Shown: positions 43,316-58,822 of the stretch, in pieces
Layout: each line of letters begins with the position of its first letter
How positions within the stretch are numbered: the stretch's first letter is position 1
Source of the DNA: the human T2T-CHM13v2.0 reference genome, Homo sapiens
Length of the DNA: 64,000 nucleotides
Direction: 5' to 3' (one strand)
Assembly (NCBI RefSeq): GCF_009914755.1
Contig: NC_060932.1
Position numbers and translations under genes: made by a program
The notes under the pieces: model-generated
The model's database searches: none
The model's input: the letters and a program-made list of their open reading frames with translations, nothing else
Told to the model about the DNA's origin: nothing

Positions 43316-43409
43316 GTTATGTTAGGGATAACAATAATAACTGAAATAGCCATAATACCTTATAAGGGTGAAATACTTTACAAAAACTAGGAAACATATG
43401 ACGAAGTGA

Positions 43410-43745
<336 letters not shown>

Positions 43746-44439
43746 AAAATTTTTTTTTTTGAAAATTTCTACTGATAGGACAAAAAGCTAGTGTTTTATA
43801 AAATAAATATGAGATTAAAAACGCATCTAAATATATTACCGATTATTTATAAATGTATGCATGTATAAAATAGCAAGAAACTTATCTTTAGCAACTATTA
43901 TTTATCCTCAAGATGGAATGGTCTTTGTCCAAGAAAGTACCCTGATAATTGTCTAAGTATAGATTATGAGACACTGATGTCATTACAAGGTAGAGGCCAA
44001 GAAAATGATTGGTAAATCACAATACAGAAGACAAAAATTAATATGTATTTGTATTTATATATTCATGTATAGGATTTTAGTGTGGGAGAAGAATGACATT
44101 AAAGGAAAGAAAAGCCAAGATAAAAGAAGTGGAAAAATAATTGGAAAAATAAGAATAAAAGAGATGAAAGAGAAAGAAAATGAAATCAAAACAAATAAAA
44201 GGCAAGGGAGACTTGCAAGAGGCTAGAGTCATGTCAATGAGAATTTTTTAATAAAAAGTAATATTTAATTTTAATGTTTTCATTTTGTGGTTGCTATAGT
44301 GAAATCACATCTACTTCTCCTAAAACTAAAGGACAAAAAAGTCAAAGCACAGCTGCCTTGTACTAGTTTTGTTTTTGTTTTTCTTCTCATTTTAGTTTGA
44401 TAGGAAGAGTTAGCAATAAGAAATATCCTCAGACCCGAC

Positions 44440-45056
44440 AGATCCACCCAGGTGTTTGGTCAAATGCCACTTTTTCAGTTACATCTTCCCAGATAACATT
44501 TTAGGTATCTGGCTGGGTGTGGTGGCTCACACCTGTAATCCCAGCACTTTGGGAGGCCAAGATGGGCGAATCACTAGGTCAGGCATTTGAGACCAGCCTG
44601 GCCAACATAGTGAAACCCCGTCTCTACTAAAAATACAAAAAATTAGCTGGGCATGGTGGCGGGTGACTGTAATCCCAGCTACTCAGGAGGCTGAGGCAGG
44701 AGAATCACTTTAACCCAGGAGGCAGAGGTTGCAGTGAACTGAGATGGTGCCACTGCACTCCAGGCCAAGTGACAGTGCAAGATCCTGTCTCAAAAAAAAA
44801 AATTGCAGCCTCCAATTCTGTAACTGTTCCTCTAGTCTCCTGTTTTATTTTTCTCTATAGTACTGAATGTCATGTGAAATATGAGTTACTTACACTTGTT
44901 CATCTTTTTTCTGGCCCACATCCTTTTCACTACCCCTGGAAAGTAACTTGACAAGGATGGGATTCCATCTATCTTTCTTACTGTAGTTTCCCTAGTGTCT
45001 TGAACAGTGCCTAACACAGCACTGGAATTCACTGAATATTTTTGGAAATAATGAAA
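44440..45056 (+). mobile_element. L2 3' remnant interrupted by an Alu
   Basis: ggtcaaatgccactttttcag ... cctagtgtcttgaacagtgcctaacacag...tgaatatttttggaaataatgaa. Confidence 0.7.
44511..44802 (+). mobile_element. AluS (Sg-like)
   Basis: ggctgggtgtggtggctcacacctgtaatccc..., gaatcactaggtcagg (2-nt deletion type), A tail. Confidence 0.96.
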
Positions 45057-45551
45057 GGATCATTATCAATACTGGGGTGAGCAGATGCAGGGTAGAGAAA
45101 ATGAACTCAACAGAAGGCACTAATCAAAGCCAGAAATAACTAGAAAAAGAAAAGAAAGACAGTAAGAAAAAAAAGAAAGAAAAATAAATTACTCCTAGGA
45201 ATTCACTAAACTCTTGGGAATATATCATCAGATATACCACAGAATAGGGGAACACTGTTTGCCATATTCTTTCCTGAGTCTGATGATGAAGGGTCAATCT
45301 AGGTAGCATATGAAATGGAGATATAACTAGAGGATATAAAAAAATGTTGATAGTCATTACCTCTCTCTTATGAGACATTTTTACTCCATTTTTCTCTCTG
45401 TATATATTCCCATTAAACATAAACATATACTTTTAAACAGAAAAATATTGAGAAAGAGAAAATATCTATAAGCATCCTCAAATGTGAGATAAAGAATTGA
45501 AACCTTTCTCTTTATCTTCTTCATTTTTATCTGTGTGAAAATTGAACTTTT

Positions 45552-47780
<2,229 letters not shown>

Positions 47781-48267
47781 AATTGAACTTTTAAAGAGGT
47801 GTGGTAATTCCATCTTCAGTAATGGAGGGCTTGAACATATGATTATTAAACAGCACACCCACACATAACTTGGAGCCAAAGAATCTTCTTCCAAATCCTT
47901 ATAAAATATAAGAGGAACGATTGGCCTGCCACAGAGAATTCTGTGAGAACTAGCCTAACCCCTCACAGTATTTTTTTTCCTAATTCGTAAACATTACTCT
48001 GCCATTAATCCTTCCAATTATAAATCTGTTTTTGTTTTCTTCTTCTTTACCCCTATTATATTGATTATTTTCCTTGAAATTTACTTAATTTTCTCAGAAG
48101 ATTCTCATAAAACATACAAAGACATGCAGTCTTAATTTAATTAAGTATGGTATATCTAAAACTTTGAAATCTATTGAGTCTAAATACTGCACGATGACAA
48201 CTTAGAAGGTATGGTAATTGGGCTTTATTTAGCTTCTATGAAAATTTTCTGTCATGTATTTACTTTT

Positions 48268-48617
48268 TGGATTAGTCTGTTTAGGCTGGTATAAAAAGTA
48301 CCATAGACTAGGTGGCTTATAAACAGCAGATATTTATTGCTCACAGTTCTGTAGGCTGGAATTCACCATCAGTCTTGGCAGATTTGGTGTCTAGTTTCCT
48401 TGTTCATGGATGCTTCTCCCTCTGTCCTCACGCAGCAGAAGACGTTTGGGGGTTCTTTGAGGTCTGTTTTTTAAGAGAGCATTATAATCCACTCATGAGA
48501 GCTCCACCTTCATTACCTAACCATCTACTTAAAGCCTCATCTTCTAATATCATCACGTTGGGAGTTAGGATTTCAATGTATAAATTTTAGGAGGACACAA
48601 ACATTGTTTATATAGCA
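48268..48617 (-). mobile_element. MLT1A-type MaLR solo LTR
   Basis: ttagtctgtttaggctggtataaaaagtaccatagactaggtggcttataaacag ... gaggacacaaacatt...tagca. Confidence 0.85.
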
Positions 48618-51600
48618 CTCTTCATTTTCAGAATATCATTCCACTAGCTTGGTTATTTGTTCTGTAGTTGCCCATTCATTCAGTTATTTATTAAATGAGC
48701 CAATATTTGTTGAACATGTTCACACAAAATGAAGTAGAGGAGCTCATATTCATTATGAGTATTCAAGATATTCACATATGAAGCAGTTAATCAAGACCAG
48801 TAATAGTGTATTGAGCATCATTACGACTGTATAAATAAGACTTAAGTTTCAATGCATCTGTCATCACATCAAACAAAATGGATGAAAATATTTAAGCCAC
48901 ATTTTGGAGAGTATTTCACTAATAGTATGTCTTTAAATATAGGCTATGTGGTATAGGGGAACTCGGAAAGACTTTGAGGCAGTTCATAGTGAAGTACAGT
49001 CACATAGTGAAATGATGATCACTGAAAATACAGAAAGACGCTGTGTAATTAATAATTCAAAGAAGTGGTTTAAACCCCCTTGGAAGAGAAGACACACAGT
49101 TGTTTCCACGATGAGTTCCAAAGCAATCCATAAGAAGATTCACTAGGAATTGCAGGTGTTGATTTGTTCCCAAGGCGCTTTTTGCCTGGGCAACTCTAGG
49201 GAGTACGCTAGAGCAGCAGGGGTTTCTTTAGGCTGTGGTTATAATTCATCTCAGTAGGGCTGGGGAGGCCAGGAAGCAGATAATAAGCAGTAGGCTTTCC
49301 AGGAGGAACAGGGTTGGAGGCGGTAGGATCTCTTAACTATCCAAAAAGAATGCAAATAGAAGCACAGAAAAAGCTCTGAAATATGTCAGATTGTGTTAGA
49401 TATTGGCTTTAGAATTCACAATGTATCTGTTCTTGAAAAAATTATTTGAACTCCTTGATCCTTTTTGTTGCTATGTGAAAAGAGGATATAGTTTTAATTT
49501 CTCAGGGTTCCCATTTGGTAAGTATCTGCCTTCAGCACACAGTAACAATGATGACTATTGTTATTACCAGATTACATGGCAATTTTAAAATTGTTATCCA
49601 TATGTAGATTTCAGAGGAGTGAATCAGAGGTTCTGTTATGGAATAACATAGAAGTGACCTGTCTCATACAGAGGAAGTGTCGATTCCACTGACGTTTCTT
49701 TCTAGTAGATTCAGATCAGTTTATGTGTCAAGACAAGAGCATTCATTTTTGTTGAGCTGCAGCTTTCTGACCCTTGAAGAGTCTACATATCCAGACTCAT
49801 CACATATGGGATATGATGATTAATTTTTACTCTCTCTCTCTCTCCACCAATAGGACGGATATATGCTTCTAATTGGTTGAATCTGTTTATCTGGAGAATC
49901 CTGAAATAGGAGGAAAAGTAAGAGAAAATGATGGGTACAGCATTAGAACTTTAATAATTTTAGTAATTAAATTTTATAAATTATTGAAGTTACATCTTTT
50001 ATTAAAATATACATCATAGTCATTATTCTCTCATTATCTTTTCCTGGAATCTGATGGCTAAGAATGACAGTATTTTCAGGTTGGAAAGTACCCAGAGAAT
50101 TATCTTATCAACCCATTTTTTTTTTTTTTTATTGAATAAAGGCAGTTGAGTGGACAAGATTATGAAGGTCTCCGGACTTTCTATCCATTAGCTCTTGTAA
50201 GACCTGACACCTAAGGCCTGATGTTATTGGCAAAAGTAAAGCATGGCATAGTTTGACTTTGAGGACTTTAAAAGTGCTTCAAAGGGTCACTATTTATCAA
50301 CTTATTTGCTGACTTATCTTGGCTTGGCTGGAAGGGATATTTAACTGCTGAAGCACACAGCTGAGGCAATTGAAATTTATGATATTTTTGTAGGTCACCT
50401 TTAACATAATTAAACAGGAGTTAATTATACATATATTTTATTCTACAGGTAATAAAGACAAGTAAAGTAGGTAGTCCATTCATTACACTTATAAATTATT
50501 TTTGGGCTGAAAATATCAAATGTACATATCACTTCTTAAAGCTTCCATTACATTCGGGTTTAGATTAGGCAGCTGTCCAAAATCTACAAGGAGTATGAAG
50601 AAAGCTATTGGATTTTATTATTAGCTTTTTCATTTCCTGAACAAACTTAATCTTTCTGCTTCTATGTACATCTTAACCTTAAGAGAAAACATATTTCAAG
50701 AAGAAAAAAAAAATCATGACCCTTCAAATAAAATTAAACCACAATAGCTATATTCTTTTCCGTACTTATTTTTTGATAATAAATTAAATTCTTAGTATAA
50801 TATTTTCAGTTTGACTAATTTCTAGCTCTTTCCTGAAAAGAAACTAAACTTACTGTTTTTATTTTTAATTTTCACTCATCTCTTAGATTTCTAAAAGCAC
50901 TTCAAAATTCTCCTATATGACACCCACCTAAGAGGTTACAATAAAGTTTCCTTTTCTACCTGATCCTTATTCTTAGACGTAATTTCTTTATTTATCCTTT
51001 TCATACAATAACTCACAATAGAACACCGTATGATTTTTTAAAAGCCTATGTGTCTATGTGTTCATTTTAGCAAAGAAAACTGCCGCCTTTTATTTTGAAG
51101 TTTGGCCTCATTTATCATCATCTTTTAAGGTTCAGATATCTTCCATAGCATAAAACTGGTATTAATTAAGTTGGAGTAGTAAAAGCAAGAACAGATGTTG
51201 TGTCCAGGAGGGAATTTTGATTAAAAAAAAATAGAGTGGGGTAACATCATTAAATTAATAGAATTAATAGTTCTCTGAAGTCAAGTATTATTGTTTTAAT
51301 CTATGCCTCAAAATAACATTTTCCCTTTGTTACAACATAAGTTGATAGTGCAAGGATCATAACATATTAATAGAATTTTAATAAGTAGAAGTACAAAGTC
51401 ATTATTTTATCTACCCAGAAAACATACAGTATCATTGATGAGAAAACTATTTCAATGGAAGTTTTGTATTTAAAATAGGTTTGTGACGGTATAAAGACAT
51501 AGTATTTGCTGCCAGGATTCTTAAAATATTATTGTTATATTTTATAATTTGGGCATGATATGGGATATTTAGTAAGTAAAAATATAATTGATTACAAAAT

Positions 51601-52471
51601 TAAAATGCTTAATTTAACATGATTGATAAATTTGTGGACTTTAAATCTATTTTTCCTACTTAAATATTTAATATTCATAAGTAATTCTTTTTATGTAATT
51701 CCAATTACATTTGCTTCAAATTAAACTGATTTACAATTATTTTATCTTCAACATACAGAGTTATTGTTAATATAAAATAGGATTATTTTTATGAATCTGA
51801 ATGGTCTTATTATATCATGGCTAAATAACTTTCACCTCTTTGTTCCTGAATCCCCTTAAGCCCTGTGTTCTCTGGTTCCAATTATCCAAATAAATTAATT
51901 AGTTCATCTCTAATTGCCAAAGTAATAAAAGTCACAAGCCATAGAAGAGATCATGGGGCATATAAGTGAATCTGTTAATTTATTTACTTTTGAGTTATTC
52001 AAAAAGTTCTTGATGATTGTGGAGAAAGTTTCAGACCTGTTTTATGTTCTGTCTCTTCAGAGAAACTTTTCAGAGACCTCTCTGATTACCCAATGGAAAT
52101 ATATAGGAAGAATTGAAAGCTTAAATAAATAAAAATTAAAATATTCTTATGCCAAGCTCACTGCTTTTCAGTGTTGCACTAAAAGAATAGGAGGCCTGTG
52201 CTGAGCTTATAAGCCTGGTATAATATTTCCCTTACCTTCATGAAACACAAAACACTTTTTATTGGGCAACCAAATCATACCAATATCTTAGATTGCATTG
52301 GCAAACTCTTAGAATAGGGTTTCCACTTGTATTTCAGCAACTGAGAATTTGAACTTCTAGGTAAGAACACAAAAGAATCCAAAAGTTAAAAAGTTTTTAA
52401 AGTTTATGAAATAAAGAAGTTACACTAAGATAAGGCTCATGTATTATTTAATAAAAAGGGTTTAAAAATAT

Positions 52472-52568
52472 ATGTTATGTAGCCTAACCATGCAGTGTTT
52501 ATAAAGTTTATGGTAGTGTACAATAAAATCCTAGGCCTTCCCATTCACTCACTGATCACTTACCCAGA
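52472..52568. mobile_element. Tigger3-type internal fragment, inverted relative to the 34584 copy
   Basis: gtagcctaaccatgcagtgtttataaagtttatggtagtgtacaataaaatcctaggccttcccattcactcac is the reverse complement of sequence similar to ~34940-35012. Confidence 0.75.
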
Positions 52569-52599
52569 TCACTCACTGATCACACCTGGTAGGCTGTGG

Positions 52600-54030
52600 C
52601 AAAGAGAAACTCAACCTGCCCAAACTAAATCAAGTCATCCCCTCCTGTTATCTCCACAAAGTGACCTTTTTCCAGTGTGTCTTGTTTGCATAAATGTCAC
52701 AATAATCCACTCAGCTCTGTAATGAAGAAAATGTAGTCATTAATGACACCCGTGTCTTGCTCATCACCCCTTTTGCTATATATTTTTTAGATCTGCCAAC
52801 TTCTTTCCCCAAATGTTTTTTAAATATATGTATTTCTCTGCATATCCATCACCACTGTGCTTGAGAAACTATCATTATTCTCTTCCCTGGATAACTGAAA
52901 TAGTCTCCTAGTTGGTTTTATCGCATTATAATATGGCACTCAAGCCAGAGCGATCTTTCAAAATCTAAATGTGACTATTTCAGATCTTAGTGTCAGCATG
53001 TTTCAAAGTATGACAAGAGGTTAAATATCTTTCTTAAATGAATCCCAACAATCAAGCATAGTTTTGCCTCTTAATTCCAAGTGAGAGAAAATAGTTTGGC
53101 AAAAAAAAAAAAAAACGTATGAAAATATATTGGGTAGCTCATAGAATTTTCCAAAGAGACAGACAGCCAAGCCCACATGCTATGCAACTTGCAACAGTAA
53201 CCAAAATCACACCACAGGATTGATGCCACGAAGACACTTTTGCTGCCAATGCTGAGAATAAAGATTTTATTGTCAGATACAGGACACAATTGATAACTGA
53301 TCATGAGATACTGATTTCAAAACTATTCCTGGAAACTAGATATAGCTGCTACTGTTCCCATCAGTCTTCAACTGGAAAGAGGTCTAAGACATTACAAATT
53401 TTTCCTGCCCTGGCTTCTGATTAAACATCAGTGATGGATACTGATTGGTATAATCTAACTCATATATACATGTCCCCTAGATTTGAGAGAGTAGGGAAAT
53501 TGTATGGAATTATGAACTTCTATGATGAGAAACAGGATTATCCCAGTGAGATTATTTCACAATTGCCATATATTTCAGATCAGTTGACAAAAGTATTGGA
53601 AAATGTCCAGTTAATTTATATACCTCTTTTTTGATTTATACAACCATTTTACAGACATTGTCAATATCTTATGGTCCCTCTTATTTGTAATGATCCTTAT
53701 CGTCTCAAATGCTTTGCACATTCTTTAAGTCTTCAACCTTCAATTTTATACTTGGTGAATTCAACTGACCTGTTAGGTTCAAGCTTAGGCATTAATATCT
53801 CACAGTGATAACTTCCAGTTAGTTAAAGACCCTCAGAGATATACTCTCACTCAAACTTTTGTCACAACTTTAGTTTTACATTTTCTGTCACATTCTATTA
53901 ACATACTATACATTTCATAATTATCAGGGAACATAGTTGTGATTACACAAAGTGGGTGTTGTCAGGATGTAGATTATTGTGTGGCAGAGAGAAGATGCTC
54001 AATAAATATTTGTTGAATTAGTTAATGAAT
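52600..54030 (+). mobile_element. Fragmented L2 remnants (~52600-53040 and ~53700-54030)
   Basis: aaactcaacctgcccaaactaaa...agccagagcgatctttcaaaatctaaatgtgact; ends atgctcaataaatatttgttgaatt. Confidence 0.6.
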
Positions 54031-54808
54031 CAATTATTTTCTAAAAATTAATTTTTAAGTTCTTGACTACAGTGTCTGCATATATATTAGTTATCTAGAG
54101 CTTCCTTAACAAGTGTCCACAGACTTAGAGGCTTCAAACAATAGAAATTTATTCTCTCAGCTCTGGAGTCCCAGAAGTCCAAAATCAAGGTATCAGTGCA
54201 GGGTTAGTTCCTTCTGGTGGTTCTTGGGGAGAATCTATTTAATACCTCTCATCTAGCTTCTAGTGGCTCCCAGAAATCCTTGACATTCCTTGACATATAA
54301 ACACATGACTTCAATCTCTGCCTTCATTTTCACATAAATTTTGTCCTCTGTGTGCCTCTGTGTCTCAAATTCCCCCCTTCCATTTTCATACAAGAACACA
54401 AGTGATTGGATTTATGACTCACGCTAAATATAAGATGATCTTATCCTCATATTCTTAATTCAATTATATCTGCAAATATACCATGTCCAAATTAGGTCAT
54501 ATTTACAGGAACTGGGGTTTCTGAATGGGATATATCTTTTTTGGGAAACATCTTCCAAACCAATGTAGTCCATCTTCTGTCCCACAATACTTCATATATG
54601 TCCCAATGGAGTGAAAAATAAATCCACTCAATTCAACAATCCTAAAAGTCTTAATTCATTCCAGCTTCAACCCAAGTGCAAAATCTCAGATATCATCAAT
54701 TCAAAATGTCCCATATGCCATTTAAGTCAGGTGTAGGTGAGACTCTGGGTATGACCCATCTTTGGGTAAAATTCCTGTTCATCTATGGACCTGTGGATTA
54801 CAAAACAA

Positions 54809-54967
54809 ATACCTAATGCTAGATGACGAGTTAGTGGGTGCAGCGCACCAGCATGGCACATGTATACATATGTAACTAACCTGCACAATGTGCACATGTA
54901 CCCTAAAACTTAAAGTATAATAATAAAAAAAAAAGAATGAAAGAAACAAAAGAGAAAAAGAAAAAAA
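54809..54967 (+). mobile_element. Very short L1PA2-like 3' fragment with long A-rich tail
   Basis: atacctaatgctagatgacgagttagtgggtgcagcgcaccagcatggcac...aaagtataataat, then A tail; TSD aaaacaa (54802-54808 / 54968-54974). Confidence 0.95.
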
Positions 54968-55029
54968 AAAACAAGTTATATCCTCCCAAAATGGAGTGAT
55001 GGAGAGGCATAGGGTTAAAATTTTCATTC

Positions 55030-55577
55030 TATTAGGGAAGCAGTAGCCTAGGAGAGCCAGGGTGACACCATCTTAAAAATGACCTCATCTTAAATTAGCA
55101 AAACACATTATTTGTTGTTCATTACCAATGGTCATAAGATGTTTACAGTTAAAGAAGTAGCTTAATAATGCCTGCAAGGACAAACTCCTACAATAGCAAA
55201 ATGTCCAGATGTCCTAATATCACAAAATAATGTATGCTTTTAAAGATAATTATAGTCATGTTTGAAGTGCTTGTTCACTAATATGCCAAGGGTAACTTAC
55301 TTTAAATCAACAAAGTAATAAATTTGGTCACAATCTCAGTCCACTCTCACACAGACGGAATTTAGCTTTTATATAGATAAGACCCCAATTTAAGACGTTA
55401 AAACCGAGACAGTACATTCTTCTTGCTTTCTGAGGATGTTCTACTCTGTAACTGAGTAGCTTTCAATAAATTATGTCTTATCACTGCACTCTGCAACTTG
55501 CATGAATTTTTTTTCCTGTATGAGATTCAAGAACCCTGTCTTGAGGTCTGGATTGGAACCCTTTTTTTTTAGCAACA
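55030..55577 (+). mobile_element. ERV1 solo LTR (MER41/MER4-group-like), 548 bp
   Basis: t(a)ttagggaagcagtagcctaggagagccag ... aataaa ... caagaaccctgtcttgaggtctggattggaaccc...gcaaca; 4-bp TSD attc on both sides. Confidence 0.8.
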
Positions 55578-57134
55578 ATTCCAAAAGGGAGAAATCAGAA
55601 GAAATTTTAAAAATTCCCTGGTCCTAAAGGAGTGTGAACTCAGAAGGACAAGTTCTAGTAGGTTTCAAGGACTGAAATAATCCTCCGTGATTAGTCCTTT
55701 ATCCCCTGAGCTTGTGGAGGTTCCCTTGGCCCCTGCTTCTGGGCATGCCTCTCTGCCCTTTGCCTCAGTGTCTGCGGCTCTGCTTTTGAAGTCATTATTT
55801 CTTTTTCTTGAAGGTTAGTACATGCTCACAGCCAAATAGCTCTATCAGCCTGTTTTCTGCCTGTAGAATCCTAGAAGTCTAGCACCTTTCCTTTATTATG
55901 TCCCATCTCTGCCCCTTTCAATAGAGCTTGGCAAAGTTTTTGTAGGTATAACATTCCATGAAACATTGTGTGTCTTCTGTGCATGTCAAAGTGATATGTA
56001 ACAGTAGACAAGAGGGTCGCCCAAGGATCCTCCCTAGATAACCCCATCTCTATCCCTGGCTTATGTTGAGATGGCTGATGGGATCCTTGAGTCATACACC
56101 TAGTTTCTTCAGCAAAAGGTTGTCTGGGAACACAATTGGCCTTCTGGCCAGAGCACACTTTCTCAGCAGTGAATTTCCTAACTTTAGAATCCCTTGCAAT
56201 CCAGATAGGCCAAGAACTTCCAAAGTCATCAAGTGCTGGTTCTTTTTTGCTTATGGTTTCTTCCTCAATTCATCTCTTTCTTCTCAGACTTTATTATGAG
56301 TAGCAAGAAGAAACCAGAGCTTCCACACTTCGATTGGAAATATTAGCTAAATATCCAAATTCCCTGCATACAATATATGCTTTCCATCCAACTCTGAAAT
56401 ATAATTCAGGTAACTTTTGTGTAATTGTATGACAAGGGTTGCTTTCCCTATAGTTTCCAATAATATGTTCCTCATTTTATTATGAGATCTCACCAAAAGC
56501 ATCTTTAAAATCCAAATTTCCACCATTAGTCCCTTCAAGCCAATCTATATATAATCTTTTATCACGTATCTCAAAATACTTCCATCCTCTATCTATATTG
56601 TCCAAATTCATACTCACTTCCATATTTTCGATATTTGTAACAAAAGCTCACCTTTCTTTGTACCAAAATCTACTCGTTTCCTAGGACTACCATAAAAATG
56701 TACCAGAAACTTGGTAACTGACATTTTTCATGTCACTGTTCTGGAAGCCAGAAGTCCAAATGCAAGGTATTTATGTAGGGTTGTTTCCTGCTGGAAACTC
56801 TAAGAAAGAATTCGCTATATGCTTTTCTCTTAGCTTCTGGTGGTTGACAGAAATCCTCTGTGCTTCTTGGCTTCACATCCCTTTAATTTCTGCCTCAGTC
56901 TCCACCTGGTTCTCTCTTCTTTTTGCCTCTTTATTTCAATTCACCCTCCTTTTCCTTTATAAAAACACGTGTCATTGGATTTAGGGCCTATTGTAAATCC
57001 AAGATGATCTTATTTGGGGAACCTTGACTTAATTATGTATGTAAAGATTCTGTTTCCAAGTATGGTCACATTCACTACAGAAGATAATACTTGAAAATGT
57101 TGTAACTGTTTTGAAAAAGAGAGTAAAAATTTGT

Positions 57135-57265
57135 AAATACATGTAAGTATACTCTTATAACTATGTATATATACACACATAAAACTATATACATGGATAT
57201 ATATGCAAATGTATCTGTGCATATATATGTGTACATACATATGTGCTTATGTATATTATATATAG
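57135..57265. repeat. (TA)/(CATA)-type low-complexity repeat
   Basis: Alternating purine-pyrimidine tatatacacacat/atatatgtgtacatac. Confidence 0.8.
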
Positions 57266-57811
57266 AACATTCCTAAGAAGAATTATATTTTATATTTTAG
57301 CATTTATAAATTAAATAATGTTGTATCATAGATGTGCATAGTTAATTTGGTTATAGGCTTATTTTCTTTCCAAAGTCTGTTATTAAAATGCAATATTTAT
57401 TTGAATTAGGGAAATAAGATAATTTAAATAATCTTGACTCATTGGTTAATGGACCAAAATCTCAGCAAGAGAAAAATTATTAAAAATATAATGTCAATTG
57501 CATGTTTGTTTGTGGAATAAATGTGTCTACATGAGTGTTTATATAGGTGCAATTTTAAAAAGTCAACTGATCATTTTTAGAATGGAATGCAGTAGTTTAG
57601 AGAAGTTTATGTGAGAAATATCCAAAGATATAACTTGGGCACATGTAAGTATGTCAACCATGTAGAAAATCTTCCGAAAAAAAAAAAAAAAACCCTTGCA
57701 TTGTTATAACTTTATACCATAAGTAGCAGATCTTTCTGAGTTCTTATAAGTCAGTTTACTTCTGAATCACTGTGTTTAACACAGAGCACCAGAGTTTATG
57801 ATGGGCATTGA

Positions 57812-58133
<322 letters not shown>

Positions 58134-58232
58134 AACATTAAGTTATTTTTGAAAATTTGAAATGATTCCAGGCAGTTGGGTGGAAAGTTATAGATATTCT
58201 ATGTTGGGCCAGAGGAAAGAACCACTGAAAAC

Positions 58233-58822
58233 TGTGTTATTTTGTATTGCTGCCATTTTTGTTTACCACAAATTTAACACCTTAAAACAACATAAATTAT
58301 TTTATAATTCTGTGTTTCACAAATTAGGGTGGGCTTGGCTGTTTCCTTTGCTTTGGTTCTCATAAGAAAGGTCACTGTAGGCTCTTATCTGAAGGCTCTG
58401 GAGAGGAAACGCACTTAACAGACTTTTTCAGGTGGTTTTCGGAATTCATTGTCATGCAGTGTAGGACTAATTACTTGTTCACTCACTTGTTTTAACTGGG
58501 TACTGTTGTCAGGCGCCAGGGGCCTCCGGCACTCCCCAGCCTATGGGTTCTTCATCTTCAAGGCCAGCAATGACAAATAGAGCCCTTTTTATGCTTCAGA
58601 TTTCTCTTACCTCCACTTTGGCTCCATGTCTCTTGCCTCTAGCTAGAAAAAGTTCTCTGCTTTTAAGGCCTCATGTGATCAATCATCTACAACCTACCCA
58701 TCTCAAAGTCCTGAACCTTAATCACACCTGCAAAGTCCTTTTTCCCATGTAACAGAACCTATTTACAGGTTCTACGGATTAGGATGTGACTATTTTTTTT
58801 GCAGAGTCATTTTGCTACCACA
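58233..58822 (-). mobile_element. Older MLT1 (D/E/F-like) MaLR solo LTR
   Basis: tattgctgcc...ttaccacaaatttaacaccttaaaacaaca ... aatcacacctgcaaagtcctttttcccatgtaac...ctaccaca. Confidence 0.78.

Larger units (their letters stand above)
54082..57080 (-). mobile_element. MLT1B/C-like MaLR provirus: LTR ~54082-54567, internal ~54568-56668, LTR ~56669-57080
   Basis: Two related LTRs in the same orientation (ccagaagtccaaaatcaaggtat / ccagaagtccaaatgcaaggtat; tagcttctagtgg / tagcttctggtgg) flank MaLR-internal sequence ending gtaccaaaatc. Confidence 0.82.

Noticed and set aside
44005-44226. Lys/Glu-rich 73-aa ORF
   Set aside because: Low-complexity purine-rich sequence with no splice or homology support.
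55030-55577. Interferon-inducible STAT1 enhancer as known for MER41B
   Set aside because: I see no TTCNNNGAA GAS motif in this copy, and the subfamily call is uncertain.
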